64,000 bases of DNA from Eledone cirrhosa (Eukaryota), in assembly GCA_964016885.1 (NCBI GenBank), contig OZ024742.1:378014001-378078000 (forward strand), given 5' to 3'. Positions 39,101-52,600 of this stretch are shown one piece after another (the first letter of the stretch is position 1; each line of letters opens with the position of its first letter). A program made the position numbers and the translations under genes. The notes beneath the pieces were generated by a model. The model did not search any database. It was not told the origin of the DNA and worked only from the letters and a program-made list of their open reading frames with translations.

Positions 39101-42100
39101 GTCTTCTGTAGAGATAGTTTAACAAGGGACAGAAGTAGAAATATGTTCTAGTCTTCTGCAGAGATAGTTTAACAAGTGACAGAAGTAGAAATATGTTCTT
39201 GTCTTCTGTAGAGGTAGTTTAACAAGGGACAGAAGTAGAAATATGTTCTAGTCTTCAGTAGAGATAGTTTAACAAGCGACAGAAGTAGAAATATGTTCTA
39301 GTCTTCTGTAGAGATAGTTTAACAAGTGACAGAATTAGAAATATGTTCTAGTCTTTTGTAGAGATGGTTTAAAAAGGGACAGAAGTAGAAATATGTTCTA
39401 GTCATCTGTAGAGATAGTTTAACAAGTGACAGAAGTAGAAATATGTTCTAGTCTTCTGTAGAGATAGTTTAACAAGCGACAGAAGTAGAAATATGTTCTA
39501 TGTTCTAGTCTTTTGTAGAGATAGTTTAACAAGTGACAGAAGTAGAAATATGTTCTAGTCTTCTGTAGAGATAGTTTAACAAGTGACAGAAGTAGAAATA
39601 TTTTCTAGTCTTCTGTAGAGGTAGTTTAACAAGTGACAGAAGTAGAAATATGTTCTAGTCTTCTGTAGAGATAGTTTAACAAGTAACAGATGTAGAAATA
39701 TGTTCTAGTCTTCTGTAGAGGTAGTTTAACAAGTGACAGAAGTAGAAATATGTTCTAGTCTTCTGTAGATATAGTTTAACAAGTGACAGAAGTAGAAATA
39801 TGTTCTAGTCTTCTGTAGAGATAGTTTAACAAGTGACAGAAGTAGAAATATGTTCTAGTCTTCTGTAGAGATAGTTTAACAAGTGACAGTAGTAGAAATA
39901 TGTTCTAGTCTTCTGTAGAGATAGTTTAACAAGGGACAGAAGTAGAAATATGTTCTAGTCTTCTGTAGAGATTGTTTAACAAGTGACAGATGTAGAAATA
40001 TGTTCTAGTCTTCTGTAGAGATAGTTTAACAAGTGACAGATTTAGAAATATGTTCTAGTCTTCTGTAGAGATAGTTTAAAAAGGGACAGAAGTAGAAATA
40101 TGTTCTAGTCTTCTGTAGAGATAGTTTAACAAGTAGCAGAAGTAAAAATATGCTCTAGTCTTCTGTAGAGATAGTTTAACAAGCGACAGAAGTAGAAATA
40201 TGTTCTATGTTCTAGTCTTGTGTAGAGATAGTTTAACAAGTGACAGAAGTAGAAATATGTTCTAGTCTTCTGTAGAGATAGTTTAACACGTGACAGGAGT
40301 AGAAATATGTTCTAGTCTTCTGTAGAGGTAGTTTAACAAGTGACACAAGTAGAAATAGGTTCTATGTTCTAGTCTTCTGTCGAGATAGTTTAACAAGTGA
40401 CAGAAGTAGAAATATGTTCTAGTCTTCTGTAGAGATAGTTTAACACGTGACAGGAGTAGAAATATGTTCTAGTCTTCTGTAGAGGTAGTTTAACAAGTGA
40501 CACAAGTAGAAATATGTTCTATGTTCTAGTCTTCTGTAGAGATAGTTTCACATGTGACAGAAGTAGAAATATGTTCTAGTCTTCTGTAGAGATAGTTCAA
40601 CACGTGACAAGAGTAGAATTATGTTCTAGTCTTCTGTAGAGATAGTTTAACAAGTGACAGAAGTAGAAATATGTTCTAGTCTTCTGTAGAGATAGTTTAA
40701 CAAGTGACAGAAGTAGAAATATGTTCTACTCTTCTGTAGAGGTAGTTTAACAAGTGACAGAAGTAGAAATATGTTCTAGTCTTCTGTAGAGATAGTTTAA
40801 CATGTGCCAGAAGTAGAAATATGTTCTAGTCTTCTGTAGAGATAGTTTAACAAGTGACAGAAGTAGAAATATGTTCTAGTCTTCTGTAGAGATAGTTTAA
40901 CATGTGACAGAAGTAGAAATATATTCTAGTCTTCTGTAGAGATAGTTTAACACGTGACAGGAGTAGAAATATGTTCTAGTCTTCTGTAGAGATAGTTTAA
41001 CAAGTGACAGAAGTAGAAATATGTTCTAGTCTTCTGTAGAGATAGTTTAACAAGTGACAGAAGTAGAAATATGTTCTAGTCTTCTGTAGAGATAGTTTAA
41101 CATGTGACAGAAGTAGAAATATGTTCTTGTCTTCTGTAGAGGTAGTTTAACGAGTGACAGAAGTGGAAATATATTCTAGTCTTCTGTAGAGATAGTTTAA
41201 CACGTGACAGGAGTGGAAATATGTTCTAGTCTTCTGTAGAGATAGTTTAACAAGTGACAGAAGTAGAAACAAGTCCTAGTCTTCTGTGGAGATAGTGTAA
41301 CAAGTGACAGAAGTAGAAATATGTTCTTGTCTTCTGTAGAGGTAGTTTAACGAGTGACAGAAGTAGAAATATGTTCTAGTATTCAGTAGAGATAGTTTAA
41401 CAAGCGACAGAAGTAGAAATATGTTCTAGTCTTCTGTAGAGATAGTTTAACAAGTGACAGAATTAGAAATATGTTCTAGTCTTTTGTAGAGATAGTTTAA
41501 AAAGGGACAGAAGTAGAAATATGTTCTAGTCATCTGTAGAGAGAGTTTAACAAGTGACAGAAGTAGAAATATGTTCTAGTCTTCTGTAGAGATAGTTTAA
41601 CAAGCGACAGAAGTAGAAATATGTTCTATGTTCTAGTCTTCTGTAGAGATAGTTTAACAAGGGACAGGAGTAGAAATATGTTCTAGTCTTCTGTAGAGAT
41701 AGTTTAACAAGTGACAGTAGTAGAAATATGTTCTAGTCTTCTGTAGAGATAGTTTAACAAGGGACAGAAGTAGAAATATGTTCTAGTCTTCTCTAGAGAT
41801 TGTTTAACAAGTGACAAATGTAGAAATATGTTCTAGTCTTCTGTAGAGATAGTTTAACAAGTGACAGAAGTAGAAATATGTTCTAGTCGTCTGTAGAGAT
41901 AGTTTAACAAGTGACAGAAGTAGAAATATGTTCTAGTCTTCTGTAGAGATAGTTTAACAAGTGACAGAAGTAGAAATATGTTCTAGTCTTCTGTAGAGAT
42001 AGTTTAACAAGTGACAGATGTAGAAATATGTTCTAGTCTTCTGTAGAGATAGTTTAACAAGTAACAGGAGTAGAAATATGTTCTAGTCTTCTGTAGAGAT

Positions 42101-45100
42101 AGTTTAACAAGTGACAGTAGTAGAAATATGTTCTAGTCTTCTGTAGAGATAGTTTAACAAGGGACAGAAGTAGAAATATGTTCTAGTCTTCTCTAGAGAT
42201 TGTTTAACAAGTGATAGATGTAGAAATATGTTCTAGTCTTCTGTAGAGATAGTTTAACAAGTGACAGAAGTAGAAATATGTTCTAGTCTTCTGTAGAGAT
42301 AGTTTAACAAGTGACAGAAGTAGAAATATGTTCTAGTCTTCTGTAGAGATAGTTTAACAGGTAACAGATGTAGAAATATGTTCTAGTCTTCTGTAGAGAT
42401 AGTTTCACAAGTGACAGAAGTAGAAATATGTTCTAGTCTTCTGTAGAGATACTTTAACAAGTGACAGAAGTAGAAATATGTTCTAGTCTTCTGTAGAGAT
42501 AGTGTAACATGTGACAGAAGTAGAAATATGTTCTTGTCTTCTGTAGAGGTAGTTTAACGAGTGACAGAAGTAGAAATATATTCTAGTCTTCTGTAGAGAT
42601 AGTTTAACACGTGACAGGAGTAGAAATATGTTCTAGTCTTCTGTAGAGATAGTTTAACAAGTGACAGAAGTAGAAATATGTCCTAGTCTTCTGTGGAGAT
42701 AGTTTAACAAGTGACAGAAGTAGAAATATGTTCTTGTCTTCTGTAGAGGTAGTTTAACGAGTGACAGAAGTAGAAATATGTTCTAGTCTTCAGTAGAGAT
42801 AGTTTAACAAGCGACAGAAGTAGAAATATGTTCTAGTCTTCTGTAGACATAGTTTAACAAGTGACAGAATTAGAAATATGTTCTAGTCTTTTGTAGAGAT
42901 AGTTTAACAAGCGACAGAAGTAGAAATATGTTCTATGTTCTAGTCTTTTGTAGAGATAGTTTAACAAATGACAGAAGTAGAAATATGTTCTAGTCTTCTG
43001 TAGAGATAGTTTAACAAGGGACAGAAGTAGAAATATGTTCTAGTCTTCTGTAGAGATAGTTTAACAAGTGACAGAAGTAGAAATATTTTCTAGTCTTCTG
43101 TAGAGGTAGTTTAACAAGTGACAGAAGTAGAAATATGTTCTAGTCTTCTGTAGAGATAGTTTAACAAGTAACAGATGTAGAAATATGTTCTAGTCTTCTG
43201 TAGAGGTAGTTTAACAAGTGACAGAAGTAGAAATATGTTCTAGTCTTCTGTAGATATAGTTTAACAAGTGACAGAAGTAGAAATATGTTCTAGTCTTCTG
43301 TAGAGATAGTTTAACAAGTGACAGAAGTAGAAATATGTTCTAGTCTTCTGTAGAGATAGTTTAACAAGTGACAGTAGTAGAAATATGTTCTAGTCTTCTG
43401 TAGAGATAGTTTAACAAGGGACAGAAGTAGAAATATGTTCTAGTCTTCTGTAGAGATTGTTTAACAAGTGACAGATGTAGAAATATGTTCTAGTCTTCTG
43501 TAGAGATAGTTTAACAAGTGACAGATTTAGAAATATGTTCTAGTCTTCTGTAGAGATAGTTTAAAAAGGGACAGAAGTAGAAATATGTTCTAGTCTTCTG
43601 TAGAGATAGTTTAACAAGTAGCAGAAGTAAAAATATGCTCTAGTCTTCTGTAGAGATAGTTTAACAAGCGACAGAAGTAGAAATATGTTCTATGTTCTAG
43701 TCTTGTGTAGAGATAGTTTAACAAGTGACAGAAGTAGAAATATGTTCTAGTCTTCTGTAGAGATAGTTTAACACGTGACAGGAGTAGAAATATGTTCTAG
43801 TCTTCTGTAGAGGTAGTTTAACAAGTGACACAAGTAGAAATAGGTTCTATGTTCTAGTCTTCTGTCGAGATAGTTTAACAAGTGACAGAAGTAGAAATAT
43901 GTTCTAGTCTTCTGTAGAGATAGTTTAACACGTGACAGGAGTAGAAATATGTTCTAGTCTTCTGTAGAGGTAGTTTAACAAGTGACACAAGTAGAAATAT
44001 GTTCTATGTTCTAGTCTTCTGTAGAGATAGTTTCACATGTGACAGAAGTAGAAATATGTTCTAGTCTTCTGTAGAGATAGTTCAACACGTGACAAGAGTA
44101 GAATTATGTTCTAGTCTTCTGTAGAGATAGTTTAACAAGTGACAGAAGTAGAAATATGTTCTAGTCTTCTGTAGAGATAGTTTAACAAGTGACAGAAGTA
44201 GAAATATGTTCTACTCTTCTGTAGAGGTAGTTTAACAAGTGACAGAAGTAGAAATATGTTCTAGTCTTCTGTAGAGATAGTTTAACATGTGCCAGAAGTA
44301 GAAATATGTTCTAGTCTTCTGTAGAGATAGTTTAACAAGTGACAGAAGTAGAAATATGTTCTAGTCTTCTGTAGAGATAGTTTAACATGTGACAGAAGTA
44401 GAAATATATTCTAGTCTTCTGTAGAGATAGTTTAACACGTGACAGGAGTAGAAATATGTTCTAGTCTTCTGTAGAGATAGTTTAACAAGTGACAGAAGTA
44501 GAAATATGTTCTAGTCTTCTGTAGAGATAGTTTAACAAGTGACAGAAGTAGAAATATGTTCTAGTCTTCTGTAGAGATAGTTTAACATGTGACAGAAGTA
44601 GAAATATGTTCTTGTCTTCTGTAGAGGTAGTTTAACGAGTGACAGAAGTGGAAATATATTCTAGTCTTCTGTAGAGATAGTTTAACACGTGACAGGAGTG
44701 GAAATATGTTCTAGTCTTCTGTAGAGATAGTTTAACAAGTGACAGAAGTAGAAACAAGTCCTAGTCTTCTGTGGAGATAGTGTAACAAGTGACAGAAGTA
44801 GAAATATGTTCTTGTCTTCTGTAGAGGTAGTTTAACGAGTGACAGAAGTAGAAATATGTTCTAGTATTCAGTAGAGATAGTTTAACAAGCGACAGAAGTA
44901 GAAATATGTTCTAGTCTTCTGTAGAGATAGTTTAACAAGTGACAGAATTAGAAATATGTTCTAGTCTTTTGTAGAGATAGTTTAAAAAGGGACAGAAGTA
45001 GAAATATGTTCTAGTCATCTGTAGAGAGAGTTTAACAAGTGACAGAAGTAGAAATATGTTCTAGTCTTCTGTAGAGATAGTTTAACAAGCGACAGAAGTA

Positions 45101-48100
45101 GAAATATGTTCTATGTTCTAGTCTTCTGTAGAGATAGTTTAACAAGGGACAGGAGTAGAAATATGTTCTAGTCTTCTGTAGAGATAGTTTAACAAGTGAC
45201 AGTAGTAGAAATATGTTCTAGTCTTCTGTAGAGATAGTTTAACAAGGGACAGAAGTAGAAATATGTTCTAGTCTTCTCTAGAGATTGTTTAACAAGTGAC
45301 AAATGTAGAAATATGTTCTAGTCTTCTGTAGAGATAGTTTAACAAGTGACAGAAGTAGAAATATGTTCTAGTCGTCTGTAGAGATAGTTTAACAAGTGAC
45401 AGAAGTAGAAATATGTTCTAGTCTTCTGTAGAGATAGTTTAACAAGTGACAGAAGTAGAAATATGTTCTAGTCTTCTGTAGAGATAGTTTAACAAGTGAC
45501 AGATGTAGAAATATGTTCTAGTCTTCTGTAGAGATAGTTTAACAAGTAACAGGAGTAGAAATATGTTCTAGTCTTCTGTAGAGATAGTTTAACAAGTGAC
45601 AGTAGTAGAAATATGTTCTAGTCTTCTGTAGAGATAGTTTAACAAGGGACAGAAGTAGAAATATGTTCTAGTCTTCTCTAGAGATTGTTTAACAAGTGAT
45701 AGATGTAGAAATATGTTCTAGTCTTCTGTAGAGATAGTTTAACAAGTGACAGAAGTAGAAATATGTTCTAGTCTTCTGTAGAGATAGTTTAACAAGTGAC
45801 AGAAGTAGAAATATGTTCTAGTCTTCTGTAGAGATAGTTTAACAGGTAACAGATGTAGAAATATGTTCTAGTCTTCTGTAGAGATAGTTTCACAAGTGAC
45901 AGAAGTAGAAATATGTTCTAGTCTTCTGTAGAGATACTTTAACAAGTGACAGAAGTAGAAATATGTTCTAGTCTTCTGTAGAGATAGTGTAACATGTGAC
46001 AGAAGTAGAAATATGTTCTTGTCTTCTGTAGAGGTAGTTTAACGAGTGACAGAAGTAGAAATATATTCTAGTCTTCTGTAGAGATAGTTTAACACGTGAC
46101 AGGAGTAGAAATATGTTCTAGTCTTCTGTAGAGATAGTTTAACAAGTGACAGAAGTAGAAATATGTCCTAGTCTTCTGTGGAGATAGTTTAACAAGTGAC
46201 AGAAGTAGAAATATGTTCTTGTCTTCTGTAGAGGTAGTTTAACGAGTGACAGAAGTAGAAATATGTTCTAGTCTTCAGTAGAGATAGTTTAACAAGCGAC
46301 AGAAGTAGAAATATGTTCTAGTCTTCTGTAGACATAGTTTAACAAGTGACAGAATTAGAAATATGTTCTAGTCTTTTGTAGAGATAGTTTAAAAAGGGAC
46401 AGAAGTAGAAATATGTTCTAGTCATCTGTAGAGATAGTTTAACAAGTGACAGAAGTATAAATATGTTCTAGTCTTCTGTGGAGATAGTTTAACAAGCGAC
46501 AGAAGTAGAAATATGTTCTATGTTCTAGTCTTTTGTAGAGATAGTTTAACAAGTGACAGAAGTAGAAATATGTTCTAGTCTTCTGTAGAGATAGTTTAAC
46601 AAGTGACAGAAGTAGAAATATGTTCTAGTCTTCTGTGGAGATAGTTTAACAAGTGACAGAAGTAGAAATATGTTCTTGTCTTCTGTAGAGGTAGTTTAAC
46701 GAGTGACAGAAGTAGAAATATGTTCTAGTCTTCAGTAGAGATAGTTAAACAAGCGACAGAAGTAGAAATATGTTCTATGTTCTAGTCTTTTGTAGAGATA
46801 GTTTAACAAGTGACAGAAGTAGAAATATGTTCTAGTCTTCTGTAGAGATAGTTTAACAAGGGACAGAAGTAGAAATATGTTCTAGTCTTCTGCAGAGATA
46901 GTTTAACAAGTGACAGAAGTAGAAATATGTTCTTGTCTTCTGTAGAGGTAGTTTAACAAGGGACAGAAGTAGAAATATGTTCTAGTCTTCAGTAGAGATA
47001 GTTTAACAAGCGACAGAAGTAGAAATATGTTCTAGTCTTCTGTAGAGATAGTTTAACAAGTGACAGAATTAGAAATATGTTCTAGTCTTTTGTAGAGATG
47101 GTTTAAAAAGGGACAGAAGTAGAAATATGTTCTAGTCATCTGTAGAGATAGTTTAACAAGTGACAGAAGTAGAAATATGTTCTAGTCTTCTGTAGAGATA
47201 GTTTAACAAGCGACAGAAGTAGAAATATGTTCTATGTTCTAGTCTTTTGTAGAGATAGTTTAACAAGTGACAGAAGTAGAAATATGTTCTAGTCTTCTGT
47301 AGAGATAGTTTAACAAGGGACAGAAGTAGAAATATGTTCTAGTCTTCTGTAGAGATAGTTTAACAAGTGACAGAAGTAGAAATATTTTCTAGTCTTCTGT
47401 AGAGGTAGTTTAACAAGTGACAGAAGTAGAAATATGTTCTAGTCTTCTGTAGAGATAGTTTAACAAGTAACAGATGTAGAAATATGTTCTAGTCTTCTGT
47501 AGAGGTAGTTTAACAAGTGACAGAAGTAGAAATATGTTCTAGTCTTCTGTAGATATAGTTTAACAAGTGACAGAAGTAGAAATATGTTCTAGTCTTCTGT
47601 AGAGATAGTTTAACAAGTGACAGAAGTAGAAATATGTTCTAGTCTTCTGTAGAGATAGTTTAACAAGTGACAGTAGTAGAAATATGTTCTAGTCTTCTGT
47701 AGAGATAGTTTAACAAGGGACAGAAGTAGAAATATGTTCTAGTCTTCTGTAGAGATTGTTTAACAAGTGACAGATGTAGAAATATGTTCTAGTCTTCTGT
47801 AGAGATAGTTTAACAAGTGACAGATTTAGAAATATGTTCTAGTCTTCTGTAGAGATAGTTTAAAAAGGGACAGAAGTAGAAATATGTTCTAGTCTTCTGT
47901 AGAGATAGTTTAACAAGTAGCAGAAGTAAAAATATGCTCTAGTCTTCTGTAGAGATAGTTTAACAAGCGACAGAAGTAGAAATATGTTCTATGTTCTAGT
48001 CTTGTGTAGAGATAGTTTAACAAGTGACAGAAGTAGAAATATGTTCTAGTCTTCTGTAGAGATAGTTTAACACGTGACAGGAGTAGAAATATGTTCTAGT

Positions 48101-48490
48101 CTTCTGTAGAGGTAGTTTAACAAGTGACACAAGTAGAAATAGGTTCTATGTTCTAGTCTTCTGTCGAGATAGTTTAACAAGTGACAGAAGTAGAAATATG
48201 TTCTAGTCTTCTGTAGAGATAGTTTAACACGTGACAGGAGTAGAAATATGTTCTAGTCTTCTGTAGAGGTAGTTTAACAAGTGACACAAGTAGAAATATG
48301 TTCTATGTTCTAGTCTTCTGTAGAGATAGTTTCACATGTGACAGAAGTAGAAATATGTTCTAGTCTTCTGTAGAGATAGTTCAACACGTGACAAGAGTAG
48401 AATTATGTTCTAGTCTTCTGTAGAGATAGTTTAACAAGTGACAGAAGTAGAAATATGTTCTAGTCTTCTGTAGAGATAGTTTAACAAGTG
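32110..48490. repeat. Higher-order repeat with a 4299-bp unit (85 monomers including 7 57-mers), 4 tandem copies with deletion variants of 4249 and 3485 bp
   Basis: ACAAGTCC occurs at 32721, 37020, 41269 and 44754 (offsets 4299, 4249, 3485). TAGGTTCT occurs at 36107, 40356, 43841 and 48140 (offsets 4249, 3485, 4299). Confidence 0.92.
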
Positions 48491-49649
48491 ACAGTAGTAG
48501 AAATATGTTCTAGTCTTCTGTAGAGATAGTTTAACAAGGGGCAGAAGTAGAAATATGTTCTAGTCTTCTGTAGAGATTGTTTAACAAGTGACAGATGTAG
48601 AAATATGTTCTAGTCTTCTGTAGAGATAGTTTAACAAGTGACAGATTTAGAAATATGTTCTAGTCTTCTGTAGAGATAGTTTAAAAAGGGACAGAAGTAG
48701 AAATATGTTCTAGTCTTCTGTAGAGATAGTTTAACAAGTAGCAGAAGTAAAAATGTGCTCTAGTCTTCTGTAGAGATAGTTTAACAAGCGACAGAAGTAG
48801 AAATATGTTCTATGTTCTAGTCTTGTGTAGAGATAGTTTAACAAGTGACAGAAGTAGAAATATGTTCTAGTCTTCTGTAGAGATAGTTTAACACGTGACA
48901 GGAGTAGAAATATGTTCTAGTCTTCTGTAGAGGTAGTTTAACAAGTGACACAAGTAGAAATATGTTCTATGTTCTAGTCTTCTGTAGAGATAGTTTCACA
49001 TGTGACAGAAGTAGAAATATGTTCTAGTCTTCTGTAGAGATAGTTCAACACGTGACAAGAGTAGAATTATGTTCTAGTCTTCTGTAGAGATAGTTTAACA
49101 AGTGAGAGAAGTAGAAATATGTTCTTGTCTTCTGTAGAGGTAGTTTAACGAGTGACAGAAGTAGAAATATGTTCTAGTCCTCTGTAGAGATAGTTTAACA
49201 AGCGACAGAAGTTGAAATATGTTCTATGTTCTAGTCTTCTGTAGAGATAGTTTAACAAGTGACAGAAGTAGAAATATGTTCTAGTCTTCTGTAGAGATAG
49301 TTTAACAAGTGACAGAAGTAGAAATATGTTCTAGTCTTCTGTAGAGATAGTTTAACAAGGGACAGAATTAGAAATATGTTCTAGTCTTCTGTAGAGATAG
49401 TTTAACAAGTGACAGAAGTAGAAATATGTTGTAGTCTTCTGTAGAGATAGTTTAACAAGTGACAGAAGTAGAAATATGCCATAGTCTTCTGTGGAGATAG
49501 TTTAACAAGTGACAGAAGTAGAAATATGTTCTTGTCTTCTGTAGAGGTAGTTTAACGAGTGACAGAAGTAGAAATATGTTCTAGTCCTCTGTAGAGATAG
49601 TTTAACAAGTGACAGAATTAGAAATATGTTCTACTCTTCTGTAGAGGTA

Positions 49650-52600
49650 GTTTAACAAGTGACAGAAGTAGAAATATGTTCTTGTCTTCTGTAGAGGTAG
49701 TTTAACGAGTGACAGAAGTAGAAATATGTTCTAGTCTTCAGTAGAGATAGTTTAACAAGCGACAGAAGTAGAAATATGTTCTAGTCTTCTGTAGAGATAG
49801 TTTAACAAGTGACAGATTTAGAAATATGTTCTAGTCTTCTGTAGAGATAGTTTAAAAAGGGACAGAAGAAGAAATATGTTCTAGTCTTCTGTAGAGATAG
49901 TTTAACAAGTAGCAGAAGTAAAAATATGTTCTAGTCTTCTGTAGAGATAGTTTAACAAGCGACAGAAGTAGAAATATGTTCTATGTTCTAGTCTTCTGTA
50001 GAGATAGTTTAACAAGTGACAGAAGCAGAAATATGTTCTAGTCTTCTGTAGAGATAGTTTAACAAGTGACAATAGTAGAAATATGTTCTAGTCTTCTGTA
50101 GAGATAGTTTAACAAGGGACAGAAGTAGAAATATGTTCTAGTCTTCTGTAGAGATTGTTTAACAAGTGACAGATGTAGAAATATGTTCTAGTCTTCTGTA
50201 GAGATAGTTTAACAAGTGACAGAATTAGTAATATGTTCTAGCCTTCTGTAGAGATAGTTTAACAAGTGACAGAAGTAAAAATATGTTCTAGTCTTCTGTA
50301 GAGGTAGTTTAACAAGTGACACAAGTAGAAATATGTTCTATGTTCTAGTCTTCTGTAGAGATAGTTTAACAATTGACAGAAGTAGAAATATGTTCTAGTC
50401 TTCTGTAGAGATAGTTTAACAAGTGACAGAAGTAGAAATATGTTCTACTCTTCTGTAGAGGTAGTTTAACAAGTGACAGAAGTAAAAATATGTTCTAGTC
50501 TTCTGTAGAGATAGTTTAACAAGTGACACAAGTAGAAATATGTTCTATGTTCTAGTCTTCTGTAGAGATAGTTTAACAATTGACAGAAGAAGAAATATGT
50601 TCTAGTCTTCTGTAGAGATAGTTTAACAAGTAGCAGAAGTAAAAATGTGTTCTAGTCTTCTGTAGAGATAGTTTAACAAGCGACAGAAGTAGAAATATGT
50701 TCTATGTTCTAGTCTTGTGTAGAGATAGTTTAACACGTGACAGGAGTAGAAATATGTTCTAGTCTTCTGTAGAGGTAGTTTAACAAGTGACACAAGTAGA
50801 AATATGTTCTATGTTCTAGTCTTCTGTCGAGATAGTTTAACAAGTGACAGAAGTAGAAATATGTTCTAGTCTTCTGTAGAGATAGTTTAACACGTGACAG
50901 GAGTAGAAATATGTTCTAGTCTTCTGTAGAGATAGTTTAACAAGTGACAGATTTAGAAATATGTTCTAGTCTTCTGTAGAGATAGTTTAAAAAGGGACAG
51001 AAGAAGAAATATGTTCTAGTCTTCTGTAGAGATAGTTTAACAAGTAGCAGAAGTAAAAATATGTTCTAGTCTTCTGTAGAGATAGTTTAACAAGCGACAG
51101 AAATAGAAATATGTTCTATGTTCTAGTCTTCTGTAGAGATAGTTTAACAAGTGACAGAAGCAGAAATATGTTCTAGTCTTCTGTAGAGATAGTTTAACAA
51201 GTGACAATAGTAGAAATATGTTCTAGTCTTCTGTAGAGATAGTTTAACAAGGGACAGAAGTAGAAATATGTTCTAGTCTTCTGTAGAGATTGTTTAACAA
51301 GTGACAGATGTAGAAATATGTTCTAGTCTTCTGTAGAGATAGTTTAACAAGTGACAGAATTAGTAATATGTTCTAGCCTTCTGTAGAGATAGTTTAACAA
51401 GTGACAGAAGTAAGAATATGTTCTAGTCTTCTGTAGAGGTAGTTTAACAAGTGACACAAGTAGAAATATGTTATATGTTCTAGTCTTCTGTAGAGATAGT
51501 TTAACAATTGACAGAAGTAGAAATATGTTCTAGTCTTCTGTAGAGATAGTTTAACAAGTGACAGAAGTAGAAATATGTTCTACTCTTCTGTAGAGGTAGT
51601 TTAACAAGTGACAGAAGTAGAAATATGTTCTAGTCTTCAGTAGAGATAGTTTAACAAGCGACAGAAGTAGAAATATGTTCTAGTCTTCTGTAGAGATAGT
51701 TTAACAAGTGACAGAAGTAGAAATATGTTCTTGTCTTCTGTAGAGGTAGTTTAACGAGTGACAGAAGTAGAAATATGTTCTAGTCTTCAGTAGATATAGT
51801 TTAACAAGCGACAGAAGTAGAAATATGTTCTAGTCTTCTGTAGAGATAGTTTAACAAGTGACAGATTTAGAAATATGTTCTAGTCTTCTGTAGAGATAGT
51901 TTAAAAAGGGACAGAAGAAGAAATATGTTCTAGTCTTCTGTAGAGATAGTTTAACAAGTAGCAGAAGTAAAAATATGTTCTAGTCTTCTGTAGAGATAGT
52001 TTAACAAGCGACAGAAGTAGAAATATGTTCTATGTTCTAGTCTTCTGTAGAGATAGTTTAACAAGTGACAGAAGCAGAAATATGTTCTAGTCTTCTGTAG
52101 AGATAGTTTAACAAGTGACAATAGTAGAAATATGTTCTAGTCTTCTGTAGAGATAGTTTAACAAGGGACAGAAGTAGAAATATGTTCTAGTCTTCTGTAG
52201 AGATTGTTTAACAAGTGACAGATGTAGAAATATGTTCTAGTCTTCTGTAGAGATAGTTTAACAAGTGACAGAATTAGTAATATGTTCTAGCCTTCTGTAG
52301 AGATAGTTTAACAAGTGACAGAAGTAAAAATATGTTCTAGTCTTCTGTAGAGGTAGTTTAACAAGTGACACAAGTAGAAATATGTTCTATGTTCTAGTCT
52401 TCTGTAGAGATAGTTTAACAATTGACAGAAGTAGAAATATGTTCTAGTCTTCTGTAGAGATAGTTTAACAAGTGACAGAAGTAGAAATATGTTCTACTCT
52501 TCTGTAGAGGTAGTTTAACAAGTGACAGAAGTAAAAATATGTTCTAGTCTTCTGTAGAGGTAGTTTAACAAGTGACACAAGTAGAAATATGTTCTATGTT

